In this document: positions 37,735 to 50,877 of the stretch, piece by piece
How positions within the stretch are numbered: position 1 is the stretch's first letter
Layout of the letters: each line of letters opens with the position of its first letter
Assembly (NCBI RefSeq): GCF_002113885.1
Contig: NW_018405342.1
Location: forward strand, 44,292 to 108,291
Length of the DNA stretch: 64,000 nt
From: Mizuhopecten yessoensis
Taxonomy: Eukaryota
Reading direction: 5' to 3'
Notes under the pieces: model-generated
Told to the model about the DNA's origin: nothing
What the model saw: only the letters and a program-made list of their open reading frames with translations
Databases searched by the model: none
Program-made: the position numbers and the translations under genes

Positions 37735-39930
37735 CACCGACAGTATACTCGACACGAGGACAATATACTCGACACGAGTATTACCAACACCGACAGTATA
37801 CACGACACGAGTATTACCAACACCGACAGTATACTCGACACGAGTATTACATACACCGACAGTATACTCGACACGAGTATTACCTACACCGTCAGTATAC
37901 TCGACACGAGTATTACCTACACCGACAGTATACTCGACACGAGTATTACCTACACCGACAGTATACTCGACACGAGTATTACCTACACCGACAGTATACT
38001 CGACACGAGTATTACCTACACCGACAGTATACTCGACACGAGTATTACCTACACCGACAGTATACTCGACACGAGTATTACCTACACCGACAGTATACTC
38101 GACACGAGTATTACCTACACCGACAGTATACTCGACACGAGTATTACCTACACCGACAGTATACTCGACACGAGTATTACCTACACCGACAGTATACTCG
38201 ACACGAGTATTACCTACACCGACAGTATACTCGACACGAGTATTACCTACACCGACAGTATACTCGACACGAGTATTACCTACACCGACAGTATACTCGA
38301 CACGAGTATTACCTACACCGACAGTATACTCGACACGAGTATTACCTACACCGACAGTATACTCGACACGAGTATTACCTACACCGACAGTATACTCGAC
38401 ACGAGTATTACCTACACCGACAGTATACTCGACACGAGTATTACCTACACCGACAGTATACTCGACACGAGTATTACCTACACCGACAGTATACTCGACA
38501 CGAGTATTACCTACACCGACAGTATACTCGACACGAGTATTACCTACACCGACAGTATACTCGACACGAGTATTACCTACACCGACAGTATACTCGACAC
38601 GAGTATTACCTACACCGACAGTATACTCGACACGAGTATTACCTACACCGACAGTATACTCGACACGAGTATTACCTACACCGACAGTATACTCGACACG
38701 AGTATTACCTACACCGACAGTATACTCGACACGAGTATTACCTACACCGACAGTATACTCGACACGAGTATTACCTACACCGACAGTATACTCGACACGA
38801 GTATTACCTACACCGACAGTATACTCGACACGAGTATTACCTACACCGACAGTATACTCGACACGAGTATTACCTACACCGACAGTATACTCGACACGAG
38901 TATTACCTACACCGACAGTATACTCGACACGAGTATTACCTACACCGACAGTATACTCGACACGAGTATTACCTACACCGACAGTATACTCGACACGAGT
39001 ATTACCTACACCGACAGTATACTCGACACGAGTATTACCTACACCGACAGTATACTCGACACGAGTATTACCTACACCGACAGTATACTCGACACGAGTA
39101 TTACCTACACCGACAGTATACTCGACACGAGTATTACCTACACCGACAGTATACTCGACACGAGTATTACCTACACCGACAGTATACTCGACACGAGTAT
39201 TACCTACACCGACAGTATACTCGACACGAGTATTACCTACACCGACAGTATACTCGACACGAGTATTACCTACACCGACAGTATACTCGACACGAGTATT
39301 ACCTACACCGACAGTATACTCGACACGAGTATTACCTACACCGACAGTATACTCGACACGAGTATTACCTACACCGACAGTATACTCGACACGAGTATTA
39401 CCTACACCGACAGTATACTCGACACGAGTATTACCTACACCGACAGTATACTCGACACGAGTATTACCTACACCGACAGTATACTCGACACGAGTATTAC
39501 CTACACCGACAGTATACTCGACACGAGTATTACCTACACCGACAGTATACTCGACACGAGTATTACCTACACCGACAGTATACTCGACACGAGTATTACC
39601 TACACCGACAGTATACTCGACACGAGTATTACCTACACCGACAGTATACTCGACACGAGTATTACCTACACCGACAGTATACTCGACACGAGTATTACCT
39701 ACACCGACAGTATACTCGACACGAGGACAGTATACTCGACACGAGGACAGTATACTCGACACGAGTATTACCTACACCGACAGTATACTCGACACGAGGA
39801 CAATATACTCGACACGAGTATTACCTACACCGACAATATACTCGACACGAGTATTACCTACCCGACAGTTTACTCGACACGAGTATTACCTACACCGACA
39901 GTATACCCGACACGAGTATTACCTGACACG
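37735..39930. repeat. Highly homogeneous 33-bp minisatellite (about 65 copies)
   Basis: Unit acaccgacagtatactcgacacgagtattacct; 20-bp variants at both edges. Confidence 0.97.
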
Positions 39931-40967
39931 AGTTTTACCTACATTCAATATTGAAGCTGGTTATAATGTTTGTTCAAGACTGAGGCTTTCGCTGTATGTA
40001 TATATGATCGAAATTGATGAAATATTTTGCGAGCAATAAAAGTGCAATATTTGAATTTTATTAAACATATGTTGATTTATCTAACCATATACGTTACGTA
40101 ATCAATTTTTTGTATGACGCCTAAGCCTATATAGCTATATATATACTGTAGATTAATCGAAAATGATATTGATATATCATATTCTGTTTGCTTGATGAAT
40201 GTGACACAATTAACACTTCGGTTCAGCTACTATAACCAATCACATATATTTCATCATATCAGACTTTAGATAGTTGATTTATATCATCATAAATATTACT
40301 TCGTGTCACGTGACTGCTGACTGATAACGATAACGCGGCGGACAAGTTAAAGCATCTCGTACAGGAGTTGTCACCAAAAGTATCACTATCACAGGGAACT
40401 GACACTATTCTATAACAGTTGTAGGAATATTTACTTAATAACAAACCTTGATAAAGGGAGATAATAATACGTCTAATTAAAGTCAATATACAATATATGT
40501 ATGTATACATACTATACAAATTATATATCATTTAAAAAATATATGTGTTTTTCAACGATGTACTTTAAAATTGTACGAAATATTTGATAATAGAATTACT
40601 GCAATATTTCTACCCCTCCCTTAATGACCGGAAAAGACACTATTTTTAGCATACGCTATTTTATACACGCTGCTTTCAATATTTATCAAAGAAGCCAAAG
40701 GCCAGACTTTAAACAAGAAACAATTAACATAATAATGTTCAGTGTTCCCCGGATTTGTTATTTCTTGCATTCACGAGGTCCCCAGACCTTCGATATTTAT
40801 CATGTCTTCAGGGTTCATTATTTCTTTTGTCCCCTGGGGTTCGTCATTTCTTATGTCCCCTATGTAATTACCCCATCCATCTTTTTAATTGTGATAAAAA
40901 TCTGTTATATGTCTGTACCCTATGGTCGATGTATCAGTTATCAGATACCTCTCCATGCTATCACTTA

Positions 40968-41208
40968 ACCCTTGTGCACATGTGGTTTCCTCTAGATAAT
41001 ATGCACCCGACCCCTGTTAACATGTGGTTTCCTCTAGATCATATGCACCCGATCCCTGTGCACATGTGGTTTCCTCTAGATCATATGCACCCGACCCCTG
41101 TGAACATGTGGTTTCCTCTAGATCATATGCACCCGACCCCTGTGCACATGTGGTTTCCTCTAGATCATATGCACCCGACCCCTGTGAACATGTGGTTTCC
41201 TCTAGATC
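40968..41208. repeat. 42-bp minisatellite (about 6 copies)
   Basis: catgtggtttcctctagat recurs every 42 bp from 40979 to 41189. Confidence 0.92.
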
Positions 41209-42093
41209 TGCACGCTATCACCTGTTACCTGTACACATTTGGTTGGTAAATATCAGTCACATGACCATATGTACGTTATCACATCATAGCTGTAAATAAG
41301 TGTATTGTAGGGACAGGGGTAAACCTGATATATTTGTGGAGATGACACCAGTTTACAGAAAATGACCGACAGTAACCATCACCACGGACACTGAGAAAGG
41401 TACAGTAAATATATTTACACTGACCAATAGTAAAGTAAAACCACCAAAAGTGTACTGTCTGACCATTATAGTGGTCAGTAGAAGTAGTGACCACGCAATT
41501 GTGTACATATATTTATATGGACGCAAGACTGGCGTAGTTCCCAGTTTATAGTGATCAGCTTTGTACTGTAGTGCTCAGCTTTGTACTGACCACATCGGTG
41601 TAGTGCTCAGCTTTGTACTGACTACACAAGTATTCGTATAGTGACCAGAAGTTATCAGTTGTGTGTACGAACTAACAACATAAGTGAACACGGTCACTGT
41701 ACACTCGTAATTCAATGGTCACCACTTAAATTTGTTGTACATCACCTTATTTACTGTAAATCGCTCAATTTTCGCGAATAATCATTCTGAAATTTTGCTT
41801 CAAAAGAATAATTTGTGAGGACTAAATTCGCGACTAATATCAATATGCATTGTTTTTGTTCAAGAGAGACATGAATAACTGCTATACAATACATTTATAG
41901 TTACAGTACAAAGTTCGGTCGGAGTAGCCGAGTTTCTGATTACACAGTAAAAGCACGGTCAGAACAGACAGAGATCTGGATTATAAGGTACAAATCGTGG
42001 TTGGAGTTTACGTGTGTCTAATTACAAATCACAAAATTTTGTCGGAGTAGATGGGTTCTGGATTATACAGTACAAGGCTCGGTCAGAGAAGAC

Positions 42094-42680
42094 TTTTGGT
42101 TGGTTTGGTTTAGTTTTGGTTTAGTTTGGTTTAGTAGTGTTTAGTTTGGTTTAGTTTGGTTTAGTACTGTTTAACGTCCTACCAACATCTATGGTCATTT
42201 AAGGACGGCCTCCTCTGTGTGCAAGATGCATGCGTGTAGTGTATGCGTGTGTGTTTTGGGAGGCTGCGATATGGTCGTATGTGTCTCCTTGTGATAGCGC
42301 GGAACTGATGCCGACTTTATATTGCTACCTCACTAAAACATACTGCCGAAGACACCCAGCAGGACACCTCACTCGGTCACATTATACTGACAACGGGCGA
42401 ACCAGTCGTCCCACTCCTAAATTGCTGAGCTTTAAGCAGGAGTAGAAACTAACATTTTTACAGACTCTGGTAGTCTCGGCCAGGGAACAGAACCCAAAGC
42501 CTTCCTCACAGGGGCGAACGCTCAACTAATGGTCAAAAGTTAGGCATTGGGCAGAGAGACATTAGGAAGAAGAAAGTTGTTTAGAAAGAAGAGAAAAGAT
42601 AAGATCCCGAATTTAGTCGCCTCTTACCATCATGCAATTGGGGCAGCAGGTACAATTCTTACGCCCTACCTGCAGGGACC
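42094..42680 (-). mobile_element. tRNA-derived SINE (composite) with an (AAACC/AAACT)n tail and TSD
   Basis: Tail at 42094-42165, conserved-looking body (cagtataatgtgaccgagtg on the - strand), tRNA-like segment at about 42470-42530. TSD gtcagagaagac / gtcggagaagac (42082-42093, 42681-42692). Confidence 0.72.
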
Positions 42681-43349
42681 GTCGGAGAAGACGCGTTCCT
42701 GATTACACAATATATATAACTTGGTCGGTGTAGGCAGTGTGGAACCTTATCGCCAGATCAGAATCCGGACTCCATATAATAATTATTTTTGTCAAATACA
42801 TGTAGTTATTTGTGATTGGAGCAGTTTTGTATACCTGATACTTCTAGTTTTGCAAAGACCATTCGTACAGTATCTGCGCGGCACACGCCTTAACAACCAG
42901 TTCCGTTCTACTTCCGGTTAAACGGATTCCAGATCAGACATAACTTTTTCCCGATTTATTATCATTTACGTATAAATATTGCCAGTGTGACGGAAGTAAT
43001 TAAAACGTTGAAATATAGGGTCGTTATCATAGTCTACATCACATCAATACCATCTGCACTTAAGGTCTGGCCTGTTTCTATATGACTACTTCTTAACTGA
43101 CCAAGAATGTTTCCGCAATATTTTTTGACATCAATGTTTAGTTTTGCGCATTGTTCTATTGCATGCATGCAAGTGTACAACACATATCTACATATATGGT
43201 AGCTTTAACTGGAAAGTTGGAGGGGGGTTCCCTTAATAACGACATATTTGATTGGTACATGTATTTTACTTATTTTCTTTTCTTTCATTCATTACACGTC
43301 ATTACTCGAATCAATTCTTTACGTGTTACAGAAAATCCCGACAGGAAAA

Positions 43350-45152
43350 ATGTCGGCTGAGCTACCATTGGTTACTTCATCAGAAGATACAGGGGACTAC
43401 TTCCGGTGTGACCTTCATGCAAAGCGCCTGGAGTATCTGTGTGACACACATGGGTATCACGTGTGCGCGGACTGTGCGGTGTTCGATCACAGAGACTGTA
43501 TCATTGTCTCCACGAAAACGACAAGCAAACACAAGAAATTATCCTGCAACATCTCTCCAGTTCTCATACTGGCCGCACATCGCATCGGAGATGTGAATCC
43601 GAAACTCGGCCGACTCTTACAAAGTCGGGACGCAGTGTCGCTTACCCTAGACAACTATTACCAGAAGCTTAGAGATGCGATCGACGCCGCTGAAAGTGAA
43701 CAATATTCACAACTGGATTTTCTCTTTAACATAGAAGAAACCCGTCTCTTGGCCTGGAAGGACGAGTGTCAACAGCTGATGGACAAAGCAAAGACTCGAC
43801 TAGAGAGTGTCAGGAAAGGGGAAACAACTTCTATTGATAAAATTACCAAGGAAATAGGGCTCATTAAGACGCACCTTGAAGATAATCTACGAGGAAATGA
43901 CACAAACGTGTCATTCACTTTTGTGGGGGACACAGACTTTGACAAAGACGTGGAAACGTTTTCGCTGCTTCCGGGTAAAATTGTCGTAAAGCACGAACCT
44001 TTGGTCACGCGTGCACAACCAGAAAGCAACGACGAGAAAGAGTGGACAGGAATCAACCCGCAATCACCTGCTATTTTGTCTGAAAGTGATTCCGAAAATT
44101 TCGTGGATATTCCCCTGGATGGAGCAACGTCAAACTCGATCAATAAAGGCGATGCCGTGAATATCAAACTGCAAGAAGAAACGCAAGATGACGTCGCTGA
44201 AAGACGAAGCTCAAGTTATGATGAAACAGCACAAGAAAATAAAATCCTTGAATGTGTAGATCCATCTTCTTTGTCCTTGTCTACTCGTGGAAGATCGATG
44301 TCTGTGATGAATGCCGGGTACTCTCTCACTTTGAAGAGTTCAATAAACGCGCGCATGCCCAGTGACAACTCCCCCAGCTGGTTAACAGGTGCCACGTTTC
44401 TTGTTAACAACAGTATAGCACTGGCAGACAGAAAGAACAAAAAAATCAAACTATTTTCAAGTGCCCTTCACTGTATCTCCGAAGTGGTCATACCGTCTTA
44501 CCCTTTCGACATTGCTCAGACAGGAGACTTCAACTTAGTAGTGACTGTACCCAGAAATAAGCGCGCACTCTTCTTCCACTCAGAGGATCTTAAAACGTGT
44601 CCAATGTTTATTGACACGGAGCAGACATGTCTTGGTGTGTCTTGCTCAAAAGAGGTAATCGCCATCGTGTGCGAGACGTCATGGACCAAATCTATCACCA
44701 TTAAACTATACGACAATTCTGGGTCCTTGACTCGTAAAGTCTCAAAGATCGACGACAATCGGGAATTGGCATTTACGTCTGATTATATTTCTATTTGCCC
44801 CGTATCTGGAAACATTGCATTCAGAAATGGCGTCAATTTGTTTTATACAACATCAGAGGGTGATCTTTTATGGAAATCTATTATTCCAAACCAGTTGCTG
44901 AGCAACAGCATCAGAGGTATCTCTATCTTAAATGGCGGCGTCCTCGTCGTGTTTGACGTAAGTGTGTTCTACGTCACTTCAGATGGCCGACAGTGGAAGA
45001 CGGTGATGTCATTCAGCAAGCAGAGCAGCCCAAGTGCAGTGTGTGTGAGCAGAAGCAAAAGCAGCGTGCTCATCACACACGCAGACCCCTTCAGGAATCG
45101 GTCGGAAAACAACGTCGTCGATGTATTCACACTATCACAGAGGTTCGAATGA
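43350..45152 (+). CDS. B-box2 + coiled-coil + NHL/beta-propeller TRIM-like protein (RING-less), 600 aa, single-exon CDS
   Basis: B-box CDLHAKRLEYLCDTHGYHVCADCAVFDHRDC, then a helical region and NHL-like blades (NNSIALADRKNKKIKLFS, YPFDIAQTG). ATG at 43350, just after a splice acceptor ttacag at 43331. Confidence 0.85.
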   Translation: MSAELPLVTSSEDTGDYFRCDLHAKRLEYLCDTHGYHVCADCAVFDHRDCIIVSTKTTSKHKKLSCNISPVLILAAHRIGDVNPKLGRLLQSRDAVSLTLDNYYQKLRDAIDAAESEQYSQLDFLFNIEETRLLAWKDECQQLMDKAKTRLESVRKGETTSIDKITKEIGLIKTHLEDNLRGNDTNVSFTFVGDTDFDKDVETFSLLPGKIVVKHEPLVTRAQPESNDEKEWTGINPQSPAILSESDSENFVDIPLDGATSNSINKGDAVNIKLQEETQDDVAERRSSSYDETAQENKILECVDPSSLSLSTRGRSMSVMNAGYSLTLKSSINARMPSDNSPSWLTGATFLVNNSIALADRKNKKIKLFSSALHCISEVVIPSYPFDIAQTGDFNLVVTVPRNKRALFFHSEDLKTCPMFIDTEQTCLGVSCSKEVIAIVCETSWTKSITIKLYDNSGSLTRKVSKIDDNRELAFTSDYISICPVSGNIAFRNGVNLFYTTSEGDLLWKSIIPNQLLSNSIRGISILNGGVLVVFDVSVFYVTSDGRQWKTVMSFSKQSSPSAVCVSRSKSSVLITHADPFRNRSENNVVDVFTLSQRFE

Positions 45153-45263
45153 GAATTGCAGACTCTCAAAATTTCATCGATTTATGATGGTATGGAACAC
45201 AGTGTGGAAGCGCACCTTGAAGTATATATTTTACGCACCAGGATTGCTTTATTATTATTGTGT

Positions 45264-45743
45264 TTAGTTACACGTCTTTGAATAATATGCGACATTGCCG
45301 TTTTGGATGTTTCTGCTGTTTGCCAAATAATGGAGCATTTGTTCTTGTGTGAATAGGCTCTCGTATTCTTTGCTACCGTTTTTGTCGAGCATCTGAATGC
45401 CAATCGGTTTAATCGCTTGTAACGGAAATGTAAAGACATGAACACACGAACGATTTCGAAAGCTTAAATGCATCCATAAATTACGACGGCATTCCGTCAT
45501 ATTCCAACTAGACAGCCATATATACCCTACCAGATCGACGCCGTGTAAGGTCATCTCAAGATTCACAACGGAAGTTGTGATTTGATAGAGATGTGCACCA
45601 TCTACAACCTGTGTGAAGCCAATATTACCTGACTGCTTGTACATTTTCGTTTTGGAAGACACTCTCGCGTTTAATATACTGGAGATAACGAAACTATCGA
45701 GATTTTTGACAACAGGCCAATCCATTTTTTCCGGCGTAACCAT
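45264..45743 (-). CDS. Possible 159-aa orphan ORF convergent with the TRIM-like gene
   Basis: ATG-initiated, non-repetitive 480-nt ORF in AT-rich DNA. No recognisable domain. Confidence 0.3.
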   Translation of the reverse strand: MVTPEKMDWPVVKNLDSFVISSILNARVSSKTKMYKQSGNIGFTQVVDGAHLYQITTSVVNLEMTLHGVDLVGYIWLSSWNMTECRRNLWMHLSFRNRSCVHVFTFPLQAIKPIGIQMLDKNGSKEYESLFTQEQMLHYLANSRNIQNGNVAYYSKTCN

Positions 45744-46282
45744 TGGTCCATTAACCTCTTTATCACTTTGACGTCACATTATTGACTTTCATTTTTAAAT
45801 TAAAAGTAATGTCATTTTCGTAACCTTATATCGATGATGCTACTTTAAAAAATGACGTATTACGTTTTGTCATTTCCCTGCTCTTACAGGGATAAAACAT
45901 CGCTTAATTCACTACATATATCTGCAGTAATGCCCAATTGAGAAAAACTGCAATGGGTTAAATACACATTTACACTGTTCCTCGTTCACTATCACAAAAT
46001 ATGGCGTAAATACAATTCATAAAAAAGGCCAAAAGATAATAGTGCATTCAAAACTCATACAAGTGCACCGATATTATCCTTTAGCCTGTGCATGTCATGT
46101 GATGGTATCAATAGAAGAACCATTGTTAATTGCAAGACGAATGTAACATTATACATAGAATAAGTTTATCACCAAAACAATAAGACATCGAGATGATACT
46201 AAAATCTATATGAATTAATCAAAAATGCCAAGAGTGAAGAAAGACGTTGGGTCTATGTCGGCAAGGCTTTTGGTAAGGGTTG

Positions 46283-46477
46283 TTTGTGTTTTGCGTCCTA
46301 ATAACAGACATGGTCAATTAAGGACGTTCTAGTTAGTGGTAGAGGCGTTCTCGGAGAACAAACGACGACATACAGTCAAAACATGGCGACTGTCCCTGTA
46401 GGCCTTGAACCCGCGACCCAGTGTTGGAGGACTAGTGACCGTAGACGGTCAGACTAGCCACCAAGCCGCCGCGGCAC
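46283..46477 (-). mobile_element. Degenerate tRNA-derived SINE fragment
   Basis: Its tail-side block (cgtccta..aaca..atggtca.ttaaggacg) is shared with the 42.1 kb SINE. B-box-like gggttcaagg on the - strand at about 46403-46412. Confidence 0.5.
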
Positions 46478-49179
46478 CACTTAGGGAGATCGAAACATGA
46501 ACTCGCATAAGAGGCGATGTTTAAGAAAATGTATTTCATGTTTCATGAATCGGATAAGAAATGATGATGATGATGATTACAACAATGATGTTGTTTGTAT
46601 GTCATCATGATGATGATTTAATGATGTATCAGTTACGTAATTTGATGCCATGATGATGTTTAGGTTTGAGTTGGGAGTGTTTAGAATATGTGAGAAATAA
46701 AATGGAAAAGTGTAGAGAAATGACGCCAAAATTTAATTCATAATCTCAGTGATCTTGATTTTTACCCAAAAACGGAATCAAGAACAAGTTGGTCATTGAT
46801 ATTTATTTTAACAAACTTGGTTGCATTTACCCTGGCATACCACAGGCCAAATATCATGTCCCTAGACCTCTTGGTTTAATTTTCCATCACATTGACCCCT
46901 AATTTGAACCCGAACATGGGTCAAGACTTATTTGAATAGCCCTCTATCACAGTATACTACGGCCAAATACATTTGACCACTGTGAATACGAAAGTCGGTC
47001 AAGTTCATTCAGTTGAACTTGATAGCCATCCATCCCTGCAATCAACAGTATCTTGATGAAGTCGTTTAAAGACTAACATATATGACCCTGTGATTTAGAT
47101 CACTCATTTGAGCAAGTTTGATAGGCCTCTTCCGCAGCAAGCTACCGACCATATTCCATCACGCTTAGTCACGGTATCACGGTAAATCAGAGAGAATGTT
47201 TAAGGTTCAAGGCATGTTCAAAGACCTCACAATTAAAAATCTAAACTTATATATGTTATTTGTATACTTAATTTATAGTATATTGAACTTGTACATTGGC
47301 TGTACAAATATACATAACCAGGTTAAGGTAGTCAAAAATAAGGTATTAAGGCTGATGTCTACATAAAAATAGCTCACTGGACTTATAACATGTCAATCTC
47401 TTTTGCGATCAAACCGAGTGCTGAGAAATGACCCATAATTTAAAGTTCATTGATTTCTCTTCTACTAGCTGTTGAGAGGAATTCCGACCTCAAATAAAGA
47501 TAGATTTTGACATGCGAAACCCCTAAAATCAGAGTAAAATACCCTGGTAATACATCCCGCTAAGTAACCTTGATCGATAAATGAACTTTACATGATGTGC
47601 CATTTGATAACATCCTGTGATTATATGAATGCGCGAGACATGTTATAAACATTGAAGCTGAAAAGTCACTTTGTTTATAACAAATCTAGCTCTTTCATGG
47701 AAACATTGAATGTTAAGAAAGGACATTTTATATGAAGTTTAAGTAGTGTTCTTGGTCAAAGGTCTATTGTTTATACACATATAAACCGGTAAAATATGTT
47801 ACGCGGACGTTTTCTATGATTTTTGTACTTTCCCATAGCAACAATCATCTTCTTGTGAGGCCAGAATTCCTCTTTACACATAGTTAAAGAGAAACAAAGC
47901 CCCGCATGACCTAGGTTTATAAAGGATCTTCAAATAATATGTCATTTCGTAACATTCAGTTGGGTCGCTGAAGAAATTGACATATTATAAATCTGGTGAG
48001 CAACTTTTATCATTACATCAGCCTTAATGCCGTATTTTGACTTCGTTAACATGATTATGTACCTTTTTTAATATTTCATGTACAATTTCAATATATTTAA
48101 ATTACATATATATATTCCGATTTTTAATAAGGAAATTTGAATATGACTTGCCAGGGGGCTGAAATTTAGGGTGACTATTACATCTTTAAGGGGGCATGTT
48201 GAACCTTAAAGAAAAGATGAAAGGTTCCACACCATGGCAAAGCTTATATTTGCCATTCTTGCAGACAAGCTGTTGATTGAAGTTTAGCATCAGAGTGGTG
48301 AAGAGAACTTGGAGAGGGAAAATTTGAACAGGAGTTAATTCAGACAAAGCTGGAGAATCAAGGCTTTTTAGAAACTTAATTGATCGCATTGTGGAGTATG
48401 CAAATAAGCAGTATCCCAATATGTCAATCCTTCTCCTGTCGTTGGTTATCATGGTAAATAGTATGGAGGGATTTATAAGAAGATCTACAACAATGTCTTT
48501 ACATGATACTCCAAATGATTCTAGTACAGATCCGTATGATGGTCCAAAGGATTACCCACATAACATAAAACATGACAGGCAAAATTTTACATTAAAACCT
48601 GCAGAATTTATTGTCATCCAATAACTCCATATCTCAGACAAAATCCTTAACATACAAAAACAAACATCTATTAAACATTCCTCACATGCCCCACACTCTA
48701 TTAACATTTCTCAAATTATCTACACATGCCTCACATTCTCCTAAAATTCCTCACATTTTCTAAATATTCCCCACATTCTCCTAACATTCCTCACAATTTC
48801 TAAGCAATCTTCACATTCTCTAAATATTCCTCACATTCTCTTAACTTCTTTACATTGTCTATACAAATATGTAAATTTGCAATATTACATTATGTTCACA
48901 TATTCTATAAACACTTTCCTGATAATCTACAAAACACATTCCTTATATAAACAAATTCACAAATGACTGTTTTTTTCTGTTTTTCACCCTAGCTCTTACA
49001 ACACACTGTGGTGTCCCCGAGTTATCTTACGCAGTACGAATTCCAATCTAATGGTCCAGGCTCCGGTCAGTAAACAGTAAACTGACTCAATTCACCATCT
49101 TGAGTTATCAATGGCAATTGCTTTCTTTTCAAATGTCAGCAGAATGCAATGATTTGATCATCATGCAATTTACTTTGAG

Positions 49180-50585
49180 ATCACTTGATGTAACATGAGG
49201 TTAAAACAATAGGTTTATACATGTAAGCTCACTTGATGTAACATGAGGTCAGACAATAGGGTTATACATGTAAGCTCACTTGATGTAACATAAGGGCAAA
49301 CAATAGTTTTATACATGTAAGCTCACTTGATGTAACATGAGGTCAGACAATAGGTTTACACATGTAAACTCACTTGATGTAACATGAGGGCAAACAATAA
49401 GTTTATACATGTAAGCTCACTTGATGTAACATAAGGGCAGACAATAGTTTTATACATGTAAGCTCACTTGATGTAACATGAGGGCAGACAATAGTTTTAT
49501 ACATGTAAGCTCACTTGATGTACCATGAGGGCAGACAATAGGTTTACACATGTAAACTCACTTGATGTAACATGAGGGCAGACAATAGGTTTACAAATGT
49601 AAACTCACTTGATGTAACATGAGGGCAAACAATAGGTTTACACATGTAAACTCACTTGATGTAACATGAGGGCAAACAAGTTTATACATGTAAGCTCACA
49701 GGATGTAACATGAGGGCAGATACTAAGTTTATACATGTAAGCTCACATGATGTAACATGAGGGCAGACAATAGGTTTATACATGTAAGCTCACTTGATGT
49801 AACATGAGGGCAGACAATATGTTTACACATGTAAACTCACTTGATGTAACATTAGGGCAAACAAGTTTATACATGTAAGCTCACAGGCTGTAACATGAGG
49901 GCAGATCCTAAGTTTATACATGTAAGCTCACATGATGTAACATGAGGGCAGACAATAGGTTTATACATGTAAGCTCACTTGATGTAACATGAGGTCAGAC
50001 AATAGGTTTATATATGTAAGCTCACAGGATGTAACATGAGGTCAGACAATAGGTTTACACATGTAAACTCACTTAAAGTAACATGAGGGCAGACAATAGG
50101 TTTATATATGTAAGCTCACAGGATGTAACATGAGGTCAGACAATAGGTTTACACATGTAAGCTCACTTGATGTAACATGAGGTCAGACAATAGGTTTACA
50201 CATGTAAACTCACTTGATGTAACATGAGGTCAGACAATAGGTTTACATATGTAAACTCACTTGATGTAACATGAGGGCAAACAATAGGTTTATACATGTA
50301 AACTCACTTGATGTAACATGAGGTCAGACAATAGGTTTATACATGTAAGCTCACTGGATGTAACATGAGGGCAGACAATAGGGTTACATATGTAAGCTCA
50401 CTTGATGTAACATGAGGTCAGACAATAGGTTTATACATGTAAGCTCACTTGATGTAACATGAGGGCAGACAATAGGTTTATACATGTAACTATGCTCACT
50501 TGATGTCACACGAAGGCAGATAAGAGGTTGATACAGGTAAGCACACTTGATGTAACACGAGGGCAGATAAGAGGTTAATACAGGT
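49180..50585. repeat. 47-bp minisatellite (about 30 copies)
   Basis: Unit catgtaagctcacttgatgtaacatgagggcagacaataggtttata. Confidence 0.95.
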
Positions 50586-50751
50586 GTTTATTTCAAGATC
50601 GAGATACAGTTAATAAATTTCTTTTTGAAGTGTGTACTAGATAATTTAGATATAGGCTGATTTCCCTATTTGCATTTTCATTTTTTTATAATAAAAAATG
50701 GTATCAATTGAGAGATAGAGATATAACAACAGCCATCTGGGTAGGTGTCTT

Positions 50752-50877
50752 TGAAGTAGACTGGGTCAATTACTGGTCACCAGGTAACTCAGTAGATTGG
50801 ATTGTTAGTCTACAGCTTTGGATGTCTTAGATTTGAATCTCTATCTGACTGTTATATTAGTAATTTTCCCTGTCACA
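50752..50877 (+). mobile_element. Degenerate solo LTR of the tRNA-containing TRIM family
   Basis: gactgggtcaattactggtcaccaggtaactcagtag aligns to 59849-59887 and ends in ccctgtcaca. Confidence 0.5.

Noticed and set aside
37735-39930. CRISPR array (33-bp palindromic repeat)
   Set aside because: Units are contiguous with no unique spacers, there are no cas genes, and the context is eukaryotic.
37698-39954. 680-745-aa ORFs as real genes
   Set aside because: They arise from a stop-free 33-bp unit, use non-ATG starts and have no unique domain or signal peptide.
43248-43349. N-terminal hydrophobic extension/signal peptide of the TRIM-like ORF
   Set aside because: It has a TTG start and is mostly the pyrimidine tract of the acceptor at 43331. 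The first ATG is at 43350.
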